A stretch of DNA of 64,000 nucleotides from a virus, in the IMG/VR virus record IMGVR_UViG_3300021406_000010, positions 1 through 64,000 of that record. One strand, given 5' to 3'. The notes beneath the pieces are model-generated. The model was not told the DNA's origin. It searched no databases and saw nothing but the letters and a program-made list of their open reading frames with translations. Below are positions 27,874-39,019 of this stretch, piece after piece. The translations under genes were made by a program, and so were the position numbers. Within the stretch, counting starts at the first letter, position 1. The number at the start of each line of letters is the position of its first letter.

Positions 27874-28554
27874 ATGAAGAACCAGGAAGGGCAGTCATCC
27901 CTGCCCGAGCGGCGGGAGTGGGAGCAGGAGCTGAGGACGACGTTCCGCGCAGTGCTCCTGCTCAACCCCGAGGCCCATGCCCTGGCCCACATGGCCGGCG
28001 AGGTATTCGGCGCCTACGAGGAGCGCGTGGCCGCCCTGGAGGCGGAGCTCGCGCGGGCCAGGGAGGCGGCAACGAGCGGCGTCACGCCAGAGGACAGGGA
28101 CACGGCCCGGCACGCCGCCACCCGCATCGTCCGCATCACAAGCCCGGAGATCGATCCGCGCGTGCGGGATGCCCTCGATTCCGCCCTGGAGGAGACGGGC
28201 CCTCCCCCGCTGGTGGTACCCGGCATCCCGGCGCTCAAGGCCCTCGCGAGGGACTACCTCGCCGCGCAGGAGGACCTGGTGCACCTCGCCAACCACGGCG
28301 CCCTGGCCGGGGTGGCGGAGGTCATCAGGGAGCGCAGGCGGCAGGTGGAGAAGGGATACACGGCGGTGCACGACGACGCGGCGAACCCGGACGGGGGCCT
28401 CATGAGCCTGGCCGAGGACGTTCTCGCCTTCGCCATCCAGGACCGCCGCGATGGCACCGCCAGCCCGGCCGGCGATGAGGAGGGGCTGCGCGAGGCCGGA
28501 GCGCTGTGCGCGGCCGAGATCGACCGGCTGAACAGGCTCGTCACCCCGGCATGA
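27874..28554 (+). CDS. Phage hypothetical protein
   Basis: SD GGAGG; C-terminal ERRRQVEKGYT..HDD...AGALCAAEIDRL. Confidence 0.65.
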   Translation: MKNQEGQSSLPERREWEQELRTTFRAVLLLNPEAHALAHMAGEVFGAYEERVAALEAELARAREAATSGVTPEDRDTARHAATRIVRITSPEIDPRVRDALDSALEETGPPPLVVPGIPALKALARDYLAAQEDLVHLANHGALAGVAEVIRERRRQVEKGYTAVHDDAANPDGGLMSLAEDVLAFAIQDRRDGTASPAGDEEGLREAGALCAAEIDRLNRLVTPA

Positions 28555-28874
28555 GGCAGCGCGTCATCACCCCGCCTCGTCCCGCCGGGGCGGCCGTCCG
28601 CGCCTGGCGGGCCGTGCGGTGGCGGGTGCGCGACTGGCACCGCACCCTGTGCTTCGCGTCCGTGACCAGGCGGCCCCGCTACTGGGGCATCATGGCGGCG
28701 CTCAGCGCCACCGGCACCGCGCTGCTGTCAGGGTCCCCGCTGCTGGGGACCGGGGTGGCATGGGCCGCCGCCGGGGCGCTGGGCGCATCCGCCGTCATCC
28801 TGCTGCTCATCGACGCGCTGCGCGGCACGGGAGACAGCGGATCACGAGGCGGGACCTGTTAGGGGAGGCTGGCC

Positions 28875-29285
28875 GTGGGCTACATGAGGCATGACGCGGT
28901 GATCGTGACCGCAAGCGGATGGGCGGTGGACGGGACCGCGAGAGACGTCCCCGTGCCGGACGTGGAGGCGTTCCGCCAGTCGCTGCCGGAGGAGTGGCGG
29001 CCCCTGGTGGTCGGCCCGGTGACATCCGTCGTCAACGGGTACCAGAGCTTCGCCTTCCTCCCGGACGGCTCCAACGAGGGGTGGGAGGACTCAGAGAAGG
29101 GGGACGAGTACCGGGAGCGGTTCGCGGCCCTGTTCTCGTTCGCCTTCGAGGACGGCTCGTCGCCGTTCAGCGTGCTCGTCATCAGGGCCCGCTTCGGCGG
29201 CGACGAGCCTGCCGACGGCAGTGAGCAGGAGGTCATCGTGTCCACCCGCCCGCCGTTGCCCGTCCGGGAGGAGCCAGGCCTGTGA
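28875..29285 (+). CDS. Phage hypothetical protein
   Basis: MGYMRHDAVIV...NGYQSF..PDGSNEGW. Confidence 0.65.
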   Translation: MGYMRHDAVIVTASGWAVDGTARDVPVPDVEAFRQSLPEEWRPLVVGPVTSVVNGYQSFAFLPDGSNEGWEDSEKGDEYRERFAALFSFAFEDGSSPFSVLVIRARFGGDEPADGSEQEVIVSTRPPLPVREEPGL

Positions 29286-29287
29286 TA

Positions 29288-29314
29288 GCAAGGAAAGCCG
29301 TATTAACGTATAGT
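29288..29314 (+). promoter_or_regulatory. Inverted operator-like site upstream of -10 TATAGT
   Basis: gcaaggaaagccgt...tatagt. Confidence 0.65.
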
Positions 29315-29643
29315 GGGGGGAACACCGCGAGGGAAAGGGAGTCCCCCATGCACGCGAGCAGGGCCGGGTAGCCGGCGATGCCACGACAGAGGGAAAGCGC
29401 CGTCCCCCTCGCCGAGGCGATCGGGTCCGTCATGATGGGAGCGGCCGTCGGGTGGGGCACCGGCTGGACCGGGGAACTGCCGGACGGGATGAACTACAAG
29501 CTCGGATTCGAGGACGTCCCCGGTGACGACATGGCCTTCATCACGATGGTCACCGAATCGGAGGGCCCGCGCTGGCCGGGGCATGACAGCAGCGGGCACG
29601 AGGGCAGGCGGTTCATGGTCCGCGTCACCGTCGAGGAACTGCC

Positions 29644-29955
29644 GTGAGCGTCCCGGAGCTGCCCAGGCGGACGGTGACCGTGCACTGCAAGCGGTCCGGG
29701 TATGACGTCTACATCGGGCGCCCCGGCCCCTGGGGCAACCCGTTCACCATCGGCCGCGACGGCACCCGGCAGGAGGTCATCCGGAAGTACGAGGAGCACC
29801 TGCTCGCCAGTCATGCCCTCCTTGAGCTAGTCCCCGAGCTGGCCGGCATGACCCTGGGGTGCTGGTGCTCCCCGCGCCCGTGCCACGGCGACGTGCTCGC
29901 CCGCTACGCGAACGACCCCGCCCTCCTCGCCGCCGCCCTGCTGGACGCCCCGTGA
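29644..29955 (+). CDS. DUF4326 family protein
   Basis: VHCK..YDVYIGRPGPWGNPF...LGCWCSPRPCHGDVL. Confidence 0.85.
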   Translation: MSVPELPRRTVTVHCKRSGYDVYIGRPGPWGNPFTIGRDGTRQEVIRKYEEHLLASHALLELVPELAGMTLGCWCSPRPCHGDVLARYANDPALLAAALLDAP

Positions 29956-30163
29956 ACGGGCAGTGCGCCGGCATCCGGGAGCAGGCCAGGGAACGCGCCC
30001 TCGCCGAGTACGGGGACCTGAGCCGCCGCGAGCTGAGGCGGACCGAGGACCTGCTGCTGAGGGCCGCCAGCGAACAGGTCGGCAGGGCCGACCGCGAGGT
30101 GCTGGACGGGGAGCTGGCTGCCGTTGCCGAGCTGCTGGGATGATCCCCCCTCATTCGACAAAT

Positions 30164-30183
30164 ACAGCTTTACTTGCTATTGT
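30164..30183 (+). promoter_or_regulatory. Operator-like site with -10 TATTGT
   Basis: acagctttacttgc-tattgt. Confidence 0.7.
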
Positions 30184-30218
30184 TGGCCTTGCAGGGGAAC
30201 GACGGCGAGGAGGGTCAC

Positions 30219-30500
30219 ATGGCTTACGAACTGGTGCGAGACGGCGACTACCCGGGCACGGACCTGCCTGTGTACAAGGTCTACCCGGCTGGCGACCCGA
30301 AGGCCCGCGCCATCGGCGAGGTCTGGGAGACCGGCGTCCGGGGCGTCTCCGGCCGGTTCATCCCCACCGGAACGCGCTTCCAGCTCTCAGGCTCATGGGA
30401 GGAGGCGCCGGTGCTTCCCGCCGGCGCCTACGCGGACGCGGCACGGGCCATGATCGCCCTTTACGAGTCGGTGCCCGCCACGCACAGCGCCACGGCCTGA
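30219..30500 (+). CDS. Hypothetical protein
   Basis: SD GAGGAG after promoter motif. Confidence 0.6.
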   Translation: MAYELVRDGDYPGTDLPVYKVYPAGDPKARAIGEVWETGVRGVSGRFIPTGTRFQLSGSWEEAPVLPAGAYADAARAMIALYESVPATHSATA

Positions 30501-30715
30501 CCGGCGCGATGAACAGCAGGAGCACCTGATGAGCAACTACACGATCCTCGTCACCGACCGCAAGCTGGGCGGCACGTCAGCCCATGGCCTGTTCAGGTCC
30601 ATGGCCAAGGCGAACCAGGTCATCGAGCGGTGCTTCCGGGACCTTAGCGCGGTCGAGTACCGCGACCCCGAGGAGTACGACGTCGAGGCCAAGATCATCA
30701 ACGGGGTTGAGTGAG

Positions 30716-30868
30716 ATGACGAAGACCGAGCGCGAGGCTGCGTGCCTGCGGTTCGTATGCCCCTCCTGCCACGCGGAGGCGGGCAGCAAGTGCAAGGACA
30801 AGGGCCGGGGTCGGCTGCGCCGGATCGCGCGCCCGCACCCCGAGCGCATCGCGAAGGTGAGGGCCTGA
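30716..30868 (+). CDS. Small zinc-finger protein
   Basis: CPSCHAEAGSKC...PHPER. Confidence 0.55.
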   Translation: MTKTEREAACLRFVCPSCHAEAGSKCKDKGRGRLRRIARPHPERIAKVRA

Positions 30869-31091
30869 TGGCGAGGATCCCCCCGGGCCTGAAGGCGGAA
30901 CTCGACCAGGAGCAGGCCAGGCGCGGCGCCGAGGTCGCGAGGCTGGCCGCGATCCTGGTGAAGCGCCGCGATGCGGGCCAGGAGACTGAGGGCAAGGTTC
31001 AGATGTTCCAGCAGTTCACGGAGCAGTACGACCCGAGGCACGTGGCCAGCCTGCTCATCGCGGCGATCTCGCGGATCAGCGAGGAGGACCG

Positions 31092-31295
31092 GTGAGCAGG
31101 CTGTTCCACGACCAGCCGGACGCCGAGGTGCGGGCGCTAGCCTTCGCGTGCCCGCAGTGCGGGGCGAAGGCGGGCGACCGTTGCACGTCACTGCGGCAGG
31201 CGGCGTGGCCGTCGCACCTTCGCGCCCGGCTGATGAGGCCGCATCCCCGGCGGCTGGAGCTGGAGAGGGCTTCCGCCGCGAAGGGAGCATCATGA
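31092..31295 (+). CDS. Small zinc-finger protein
   Basis: CPQCGAKAGDRC...PHPRR. Confidence 0.55.
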   Translation: MSRLFHDQPDAEVRALAFACPQCGAKAGDRCTSLRQAAWPSHLRARLMRPHPRRLELERASAAKGAS

Positions 31296-31996
31296 GCGCT
31301 GAGTTCCGGCCGCGCCTGACCGTCGCGGACGGCGAGCGGATCATCGCCGCCCTGGAGGAGTCGCTGCACGCGTGCGACGACCGCGATGAGTCGGAGGCCA
31401 TATCGGGCCTCCTGGCACGCCTCGCGCCCCTTGCGAGGACAGCAGCGGCACGCGACGCGCAGCGGTCGCGGCGGGTGAACTACCGGGTGCACCTGTACGA
31501 CACCCGGGACGGCAGGTGGCGGGACAGCGCCGACTTCGCTCAGCGGCCTAGCCAGGAGGAAGCGGCCGGGGCCTTCCACCAGCTGCAGGGTCCCGGCTGG
31601 TTCGAGCTGCGGCTGTGCCGCATGTCCGGCAGGGATGAGCACCTCGCCAGCTGGACCTGGCAAGACGGCAGCCTGGGGCGGAAGGAGGCGTGATGGCACG
31701 GGGGATCGCCGGCTACGGCCGGTATGACGACGACCCAGGGCACGTCGGCTGCCCGTTCGCGAAGTCTGACATGACGCCGTGCATCGCCCGGGACGGGCAC
31801 ACGGCCCTGTCCAGCGGTGGCCTTCGCGTGTGCGTCGGCTGCGGGCACGCCCCCGGGCGGCTGATCACCGACCTCGGCAGGGAGTACCCGCCAGCCCGGG
31901 GACCGCAGCCAGCCAACCCGGTCGCGGCGGCCAGGAAGCTCACTGAGCTGGTCCGCGCCGCCACCGAGCCGCTCGCGAAGGGAAAGGAAGAGCCCG

Positions 31997-32479
31997 ATGG
32001 CGCGCAGTGAGCAGCACCGGCCGGTGAGCATGGCCGACCTGCTAGACCAGGCGGTGTTCTGGTGCACCAGCGAGGGCGGGATCATCCGGCTGGCCGACAT
32101 GAGCCACAAGTACCTGGGCAACGTCCGCCGGTGGCTGACGGGCAACGCCGGCACCGTCCAGGAGCAGGTCGCGGCCGAGCTGTCCCGGGATGAGAACGCC
32201 GCCGGGGACAAGGCTTCCGAAGCGGGCATGCGACTCTACCTGATGGGCCAGTACGGCGACCCCCGAGGATGGATGGACGACCAGCCGCTGGCGCGGGAGA
32301 TCGACCGGCTCACGTCCGCCGAGGCGCAGGAGTCCAGGCAGGGCCGCGAGGAGCAGGTGACCGAGATCAGGGCCTGTCCCCAGTGCGGGGCGCAGCCGGG
32401 CCAGCAGTGTGTCTCGCTGTCGTCCATGAGAGGCCGCGTGCTGAACCACCCGCACGCGGCCCGGATGAGGCAGCCGTGA
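31997..32479 (+). CDS. Hypothetical protein with C-terminal zinc finger
   Basis: CPQCGAQPGQQC...PHAAR. Confidence 0.6.
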   Translation: MARSEQHRPVSMADLLDQAVFWCTSEGGIIRLADMSHKYLGNVRRWLTGNAGTVQEQVAAELSRDENAAGDKASEAGMRLYLMGQYGDPRGWMDDQPLAREIDRLTSAEAQESRQGREEQVTEIRACPQCGAQPGQQCVSLSSMRGRVLNHPHAARMRQP

Positions 32480-33049
32480 GCGGTCGTCCGCAGTGGGAGC
32501 CCGGCATGAGGGTCGAGCTGGTCGAGCATGTCGATGCCACCAGGCAGCCCCGCGAGAACGGCCGGGTGATCCCCGGCGAGGTCACCGAGGTGACCAGCCT
32601 CTACGTGATCGTGCGGCACGAACTGTCCAGGCGCCCGGACCCGTTCTTCGCGGACTCCGGGTGGCGGGCCTGGGACGGCATGTTCAGCTGGCGGCTGCGC
32701 CCGGCGGTCACGCCATGAGCGCCCGCCGGTGCCCCGCCTGCGGGTACACGGACCCGCACCCGGTAGTCACCCACCAGGAGTGCAGGAAGCGGGCCAGGGA
32801 GGCCGCCCTGCAGCGCGCGCTGGATGATGGCCGCCCGCTGGACAGGAAGTGCCCGTCCTGCGGGCGGCTTGACGTGGAGTACAACGGCAACTACTGCTGC
32901 CGCTCCTGCGACTGGGGGCTACCAGAGGACGGCGACGTGCAGCCGTGGCTGCGCAGCCTGATCAGGCTGCGGAGGTCAATGGGGAAGGACACCGCATGGG
33001 AGGAGCAGTACCTCGACTCGCCCATGCCAGGACGGCGGGGAGGAAACCG

Positions 33050-33610
33050 GTGAGCGCCAGGGACGAGTGGAGGTCAGCCCGCACCCTGGAGGACCTGGGC
33101 GAGCTGACGGCCAGGTGGCTGGAGGGCAGCCTGGATTCGGTGCCCGGCCACTCAGGACCGCCAGCGGATGAGACGCGCTGCATCGCGCCCACTCTGGCCG
33201 TCCTGAACAGGGCGGGGTACGTGACTACGTCCTCCCAGCCGGGACTCACCTCCTGGGAGGACGGCTGCCAGTGGCGGCAGCGGGCCTTCGTCACGGGCCT
33301 GACGGGCTACCGGGCAGCGGTGGCCATGAGCAACGCGATGCTGCCGCTTGGGTACTGGGTCATCGTGAGCCATACCCCCCGCCGGGGGCGCCCTGGCAGG
33401 GACCTCCCCGTGACCTGCCAGGGCGACCGGGAGGTCACCGGCGCGGGCCGCGCCCGGTCGCTGGGCGACCTGCGGAACTGGCACACGGGATTCGGGCGGT
33501 GCCACCCGGACGCGGTGGCCGCCGTCGCCGGCGCGCTGCAGGTGACGGTCATCGACCGCGAGTGGGGCAGCAACCTCATGTGGGACCGCCTCACCGCCGT
33601 CGTTGCGTGA
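33050..33610 (+). CDS. Actinobacterial hypothetical protein (DUF6919-like)
   Basis: WRSARTLEDLGELTARWLEG...LNRAGYVTTSSQPG...QRAFV. Confidence 0.65.
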   Translation: MSARDEWRSARTLEDLGELTARWLEGSLDSVPGHSGPPADETRCIAPTLAVLNRAGYVTTSSQPGLTSWEDGCQWRQRAFVTGLTGYRAAVAMSNAMLPLGYWVIVSHTPRRGRPGRDLPVTCQGDREVTGAGRARSLGDLRNWHTGFGRCHPDAVAAVAGALQVTVIDREWGSNLMWDRLTAVVA

Positions 33611-33612
33611 AT

Positions 33613-33632
33613 ACAGCTTTTCTTGCTATAGT
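33613..33632 (+). promoter_or_regulatory. Operator-like site with -10 TATAGT
   Basis: acagcttttcttgc-tatagt. Confidence 0.75.
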
Positions 33633-33832
33633 GGACCTGTAGGCCACCAGCGAGGGGAGCACCCGACGATGAGCAGGGAAACGGCGCGAAGGATCGCCAG
33701 GAGCCTGGACGTGATAGCCCGCAAGCCCGGCGGCGCAGACGGCGCGGACCTTTCCTTCATCAGTGACTTCTACTACCGCCTGAGCGCGGCCGACGCCCGG
33801 AAGGTCTTCCGCTACACCACGGCGTTCCCGTC

Positions 33833-34705
33833 ATGACGCCGCGCGAGCACGACGAGAAGCAGGCGGCGCTGGATGGCGACCTCGGCATGGCCCTGGCACG
33901 GCGGACGACGGCCCGCAATGCCGTCCACCGGCTGGCCGGCGACAAGCTGCGCTGGCACGGCCGCGTCCAGGAGTGGGGGATGAGCTACGACGGGGCGCTC
34001 ATGGCCGTGGCGGGGACCGCCCGGGAGGGCGTGGACCCGGTGGCCGTCACCGCCGCCAGGACGCTGGCCGATGCGGAGTTCTGGAGCAAGAGCGTTGCGG
34101 CCCTGAAGGACAAGATCTCGGTCATGGAGGCCGTCTACCGCAAGGACCCGTGGCCCCGCTACTTCCCCTGCCTCAACTCCGACGGCCACGTCCACCGCTC
34201 CGAGCGCGGCTGCAGCACCCTCCGCTACGACACCGCGATGGGGTGGGACACCAGCCTGTCAGGGCAGCCGGTCGAGGCGTGCATCGCGAAGCTGGGGCCG
34301 CGCCTGTGCTCGGTGTGCTTCCCCGACGCCCCGGCCGAGCACTGCCGGTCGCTGAGCGACATCACCCGCGCCGACCGCGAGGCCGCCAGGGCGGCCCGGC
34401 AGGAGGCCAGGTACGCCAAGCGGCTCCGCGATAACGAGCGGTTCCGGGAGACTGCCCATCCCCAGTGGTGCGAGACCGTGGCCCGCTGCAAGGAGATCCT
34501 GCGCGATGAGGTCGAGTACCGCGACTACTACGGGCGCGGCGAGCACTCCAGTCACGCCGCCTCGGTAACGGACGCGGCCAGGGCCGCCGAGGTGCTGCTG
34601 GCCCGCGAGGCCGCCATCCCGGGCACCGGCGCCACCCAGGACGAGATCGACCGCATCATCGCCAGCGCGGTGAAGAGGAACCGGAAGGACGGCGCGAGGA
34701 TCTGA
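33833..34705 (+). CDS. Actinophage hypothetical protein
   Basis: WPRYF...GHVH...CST...LSG...LCSVCFPDAP. Confidence 0.7.
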   Translation: MTPREHDEKQAALDGDLGMALARRTTARNAVHRLAGDKLRWHGRVQEWGMSYDGALMAVAGTAREGVDPVAVTAARTLADAEFWSKSVAALKDKISVMEAVYRKDPWPRYFPCLNSDGHVHRSERGCSTLRYDTAMGWDTSLSGQPVEACIAKLGPRLCSVCFPDAPAEHCRSLSDITRADREAARAARQEARYAKRLRDNERFRETAHPQWCETVARCKEILRDEVEYRDYYGRGEHSSHAASVTDAARAAEVLLAREAAIPGTGATQDEIDRIIASAVKRNRKDGARI

Positions 34706-36274
34706 TGACCGATGAGGAGCGGGCCGCGCTGCATGAGATGGCGCGGCCCGAGAACCAGTCCAGCGACGCGGTCCGGTACCGCATCGCCAGGAACGAGTGC
34801 GAGATCGAGCGGCACCTCGGGACGGCGGCCTGGCATGAAGCCAAGGCCCTGGAGCTGCAGGACGAGAACGAGCACATGCGAGCCGTGCTGGAGGCCAGGA
34901 AGGAAGGGGCGGGGACCTGATGATGTACGTGATCAGCTTCAGCGCCAGGGTGAGGCCGAACGACCGCGAGCGGACCGAGTTCCGCGAGGAGGTCGACGCC
35001 CACAACCAGCAGGTCGCCCTGCTGAAGGCCGGGATGGCGATCGCCGGGCGCGGCGAGTCGTTCATCGGCTCCAGCATGCAGGGCCTGGCCATCAGGCGGC
35101 GGTCGTGGTGAGCGGCCGGGAGCCGTGCCGGGGCGACGACGGCCTCGTCCGGCTGCTGGTCAGGCCGTCAAGGGGCGCCGCCACGATCAGCAGCCGGCTG
35201 CTGGCGCGGCTGCGCGCCGAGCTCAGGCCGCTCGGGGTAATCATCCCCGAGGGCGCCGGGCCGCGCCGCGTGAACGCCAGCGCGGCGGACCGGTGCAACG
35301 GGGCGTGGTCCTGGTGCATGGAGCCGGCCCTGTGGCCCGACGGCTCCACCGTCGGCTCCAACTACCCGATGGGCGTGATGGCGAGGTGCGCGGCATGGCG
35401 CGTCTCCCGGATAAGCCAGGTGGGCAGCTACGGAGACTTTTACGTGGACCCGTGCGACGCCTGCATCACCCGGCACGGCCGGGTCAGGTTCTGATGGCGT
35501 CCTGGAAGACGATCGCGGGCATCCTGGCCGCCCGCATGGCGGAGACGGAGGGCGTCGCCGGCGGCTGCCCCCAGCACGGGAGCGCCTGGCGCGAGCACCA
35601 CCGGGACTGCGCCTACTGCGAGGACCAGCGGGCGTACTCCGCCTGGCTGGAAGCCGGCGGCCATGACTTCCGGGAGCCGCCGTACGAGGGCAAGTCAGTA
35701 TCGGTGCTTGACCTGCTGCCCAGGCACCAGGCGGCAACCAAGGAGAAGGACGGTGAGTGCATCGATGACCAGTGACCGCAGGCGCAAGCAAGCCATCCGC
35801 CAGCGGATGGCGGAAGCCGGCGAGCCGTACTCGGTCGCCGCACGGCACGTTGACGAGGAGCGCGCCGCGAGGCGGCAGGCCTCGGCAGGGCCAGCGAGTG
35901 AAGCGGAGGAGGACGGCGATGAGCTACGGGACTGAGCCAGGGCTCGTGACCGTCACGTTCGACCCCCGGGACCCGGTCAGCGTCCTGCGGGCGCTGCGCG
36001 AGGCCGTCGGCCGCGACGTGCTGAAGGTCGTCGCGGACGCGGAGGCGCTCCGTGGCGAAGGCTGAAAGCGACCGGGAGCGCAGCCCGGCGGTGCGCCGTG
36101 CCCTGAACGAGCTGCGGCTGCTGCGGTCCCGGGAGGAGCTGGCCAGGAGGCAGAAGCAGTATTACGAGAAGGCAGTCGCCGCGCTGAGCCCGGAGGAGCT
36201 AGACCAGTACCTGCGCATCGCCTACGCGCAGGGCGCGCCGGCGATCCCGGAGTGCCCCTGCCAGTGACCAGGCC

Positions 36275-36311
36275 CGCGAGGCCCGTGCCGCGACCCGGCG
36301 CGGGCCTCGCG
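36275..36311 (+). terminator. Terminator-like hairpin
   Basis: cgcgaggcccgtgcc / ggcgcgggcctcgcg after stop at 36267. Confidence 0.5.
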
Positions 36312-36327
36312 TCATCCCCTCCTAATG

Positions 36328-36346
36328 GCAAGCAATCCTGTATTCT
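36328..36346 (+). promoter_or_regulatory. Inverted operator-like site overlapping -10 TATTCT; leaderless start
   Basis: gcaagcaatcctgtattct-gagggc-ATG. Confidence 0.6.
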
Positions 36347-36352
36347 GAGGGC

Positions 36353-36529
36353 ATGAAGCTGCCATCCATCCTGACCCGGCGCGGATTCGCCTGGTACGCC
36401 CTCCTGGCGTTCACCATCTGGTGGTGCTCCCGCAACCCGCATGACGCCGCCGCCGCCGGGCGCAACCTGCTCCGCTTCACCGCCTATGCCGTCGGCCAGC
36501 TCTCGGTGTTCGCCCGGAAGGCAGCATGA
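36353..36529 (+). CDS. Small membrane protein (not in ORF track)
   Basis: MKLPSILTRRGFAWYALLAFTIWW... Confidence 0.5.
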   Translation: MKLPSILTRRGFAWYALLAFTIWWCSRNPHDAAAAGRNLLRFTAYAVGQLSVFARKAA

Positions 36530-36656
36530 TGAGGCTGCGAGCACGCAATGCGCTCTGGCGGCTGTCTGACTGGCTGTGCGCACACAAGGCGACCTTCGGG
36601 CTAGGGCACCAGGTCGGCGAGCTCGGCTGGAAGCTGCGACGCCCCGGGGACCGGGC

Positions 36657-37142
36657 GTGAGCCCCGTCGTCATCGCGGAGGCCGCCACCGGGGCGGTCGC
36701 CGTCATCGCGGTCGCCGCGCCGCTGCTGGGCCTGATGGCGGCCGAGTCCGTCATGCTGCTGGTGCCAGCCGGATGGCGGGCCAGGAGGCGGCACGGGCGC
36801 CCCCGGCCCGCCATTCCCGCCCGGCTGCGGCGCATCATCGGCTCCGCTGACCGGCACCGGTGCTGCTACTGCCACTCGCGACACGAGCCGCAGGTGGACC
36901 ACATCCGGCCGTGGTCACTCGGGGGCCTGTCCGCCGCGTGGAACCTCGCCATCCTCTGCGGCCACTGCAACCGGGTGAAGAGCGACTACTGGCGGCACCG
37001 GGACGGGGACGTGCACTACAACCCCTGGGAAGGGCACGGCGACATGCACCTGGCGGCCATGATCCTCGCCCGGGAGCTGCGGCACCGGCGCAGCCCGCTG
37101 CGGTGGGCGCGGCTGGCCATCGCGGCGTGCGCCGTACGGTAG
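36657..37142 (+). CDS. HNH endonuclease with hydrophobic N-terminus
   Basis: CCYC...VDHIRPWSLGG...NLAILCGHCNRVKS. Confidence 0.85.
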   Translation: MSPVVIAEAATGAVAVIAVAAPLLGLMAAESVMLLVPAGWRARRRHGRPRPAIPARLRRIIGSADRHRCCYCHSRHEPQVDHIRPWSLGGLSAAWNLAILCGHCNRVKSDYWRHRDGDVHYNPWEGHGDMHLAAMILARELRHRRSPLRWARLAIAACAVR

Positions 37143-37169
37143 CGCGGGCGCCGGCCTCTCTTGGTGAAT

Positions 37170-37189
37170 ACAGCTTTCCTTGCTATAGT
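37170..37189 (+). promoter_or_regulatory. Operator-like site with -10 TATAGT; leaderless start
   Basis: acagctttccttgc-tatagt-ggggtc-ATG. Confidence 0.75.
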
Positions 37190-37195
37190 GGGGTC

Positions 37196-37453
37196 ATGAG
37201 CACAGCAGCTGGGACCGGGACCGTGATCGAGGTCCGGCGCGCGGAGGCCCGCTTCCCCGGGCAGCGCAGCCGGGCGTTCACCTACAGCTGGAAGGCCATC
37301 GCGGACGAGGACTTCCCGCGCCCTGACGGCACCGTCTTCCACCGCCCGGCGGGCACCTGGGTCGAGCACGGCACCAGCATTGTCGCGCTGCGGGACACGC
37401 TGCGGCGCAAGTTCGGGCGCGGCATCACGATCAGCGAGGACTGGAAGCCATGA
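37196..37453 (+). CDS. Hypothetical protein
   Basis: Leaderless ATG 37196. Confidence 0.6.
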   Translation: MSTAAGTGTVIEVRRAEARFPGQRSRAFTYSWKAIADEDFPRPDGTVFHRPAGTWVEHGTSIVALRDTLRRKFGRGITISEDWKP

Positions 37454-37616
37454 GCGGGGAGATCACCGCCAGCCAGGTCGGGGCCCTCCGCGACGAGGCC
37501 GGGCAGCATGGCGACCTGGAACAGGCCGCCATCTGTGAGCAGGCCCTCGGCGGGGACTTCACCGCGTGGGCCATCTGCGTGGAAGTCATCAGCTACGCCG
37601 CGAGGGAGAGCCGGCC

Positions 37617-38123
37617 ATGAGCACGCGGAAGAACATGATCGCCCGCGCCAGCGACGGCACCGAGGTCGTCCTGCGGACCGCCGGGGGATACGACACGGCG
37701 GGCCTGATCCGGCGGCCCGACGGCACCTGGTACATCGCGGCGCAGGGGAACTCGGCGGAGTCAGTGCGCAAGCGCACCCGGGCGGCCGTGAACCGCTACC
37801 ACGGGGGCAGCGCCCCCATCGAGGTGCGCCCCCTGCACGAGGAGACCGCGCCGATGGTCCGCGACTACTTCGGCACCCACGACGTCAGGATCACCAGCTG
37901 CTTCTCCGAGGGCCAGTGGCGCCTGGTGCTGACCTCGTCCGGCCAGCCAGGATCATACCGGGGGGACCGGACGATGCTGCGCAGGCTGGCGCTAGCGGGC
38001 GTGGAGGCCGTTGCCGTGACCGGGCAGCGGCCGGGCGAGGACCGCCAGCGGACCGCTGACTTTCAGATGGACGAGATCGCCCGGAGCTGCGGCTTCCGGC
38101 TACCGCAGCGGGCCGCGTCATGA
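37617..38123 (+). CDS. Hypothetical protein
   Basis: ATGA coupling, SD-like GAGGGAG. Confidence 0.55.
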   Translation: MSTRKNMIARASDGTEVVLRTAGGYDTAGLIRRPDGTWYIAAQGNSAESVRKRTRAAVNRYHGGSAPIEVRPLHEETAPMVRDYFGTHDVRITSCFSEGQWRLVLTSSGQPGSYRGDRTMLRRLALAGVEAVAVTGQRPGEDRQRTADFQMDEIARSCGFRLPQRAAS

Positions 38124-38487
38124 CCACCGAGGAGTGGCAGGCCCTCCAGGACGAGCTGTACGACAGGTTCTGCCGTAAGGAGCTGGACCCCGGGGAGTAC
38201 TGCGAGGCGTCCCTCGGCCTGGGCCCTGCTGCCGTCGCCATTAACGAGGAACGCAGGCGGATCGTGGAAGCCGGCGGGCGGATCGGGGTCGCCAGGGTGC
38301 CCCACGCGGACAGCACCCGCGTGGGGCACTACGGCGTGTACGGCCTGCCCGACGACGGCCACGTGGTCATCGAGTACGAGGGCTACGAGCAGGACGGCGT
38401 CCAGCACGGCATCGGCGGGCGCAGGAGGCCGGTCCGCTACAAGGCGCTGCGCGACGGCCTGGACATCACGATCTTCGGGGAGGGGCA

Positions 38488-38784
38488 GTGAGCGGCAGGC
38501 AGCTGAGCGAGCGGGAGACCCTCCTGCTGCGGGTGATCTTCAAGAGCATGCCGGATGGCATCAGCCGTGACCAGCTGGCCGAGGAGATGCAGTTCATGAC
38601 GGGAAGCGCTACCCAGGCTGGCATCACGCGGACAGTCGGCTGCCTGTGCCGCAAGAATCTGGCCTGGCAGGCCGTTCACGTCCACGCCGGCCGCAAGGCA
38701 CAGTTTTACAGGATCACCGATACGGGCCGTGATGCCCTGAAAGGCGACATGTCCGGCCAGTGGATCGCGAGGAGGAAGCGGTGA
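38488..38784 (+). CDS. Putative winged-helix DNA-binding protein
   Basis: LSERE..LL...SRDQLAEEM...TRTVGCL..KNL...YRITDTGR. Confidence 0.55.
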   Translation: MSGRQLSERETLLLRVIFKSMPDGISRDQLAEEMQFMTGSATQAGITRTVGCLCRKNLAWQAVHVHAGRKAQFYRITDTGRDALKGDMSGQWIARRKR

Positions 38785-39019
38785 AGGTCATGACCATGAG
38801 GATCGCGGGAAGCGAGGTCAGGGTGGGGGACGACGTCATCTTCCTGGGCACTCCGCACCACGTCACGTCCGTCGAGCCGTACTCCCACCCGGTGGCCACG
38901 GGGGGCGAGCAGTGGGCCATCGCCTACGCCGCCACCCCGGAGCGGCCGGCGAAGGGGAACGCCTGGGCGATCACCCTGGAGCCGCACTGCGACTATGACA
39001 TCACCCGGGTGGTAGCGCC

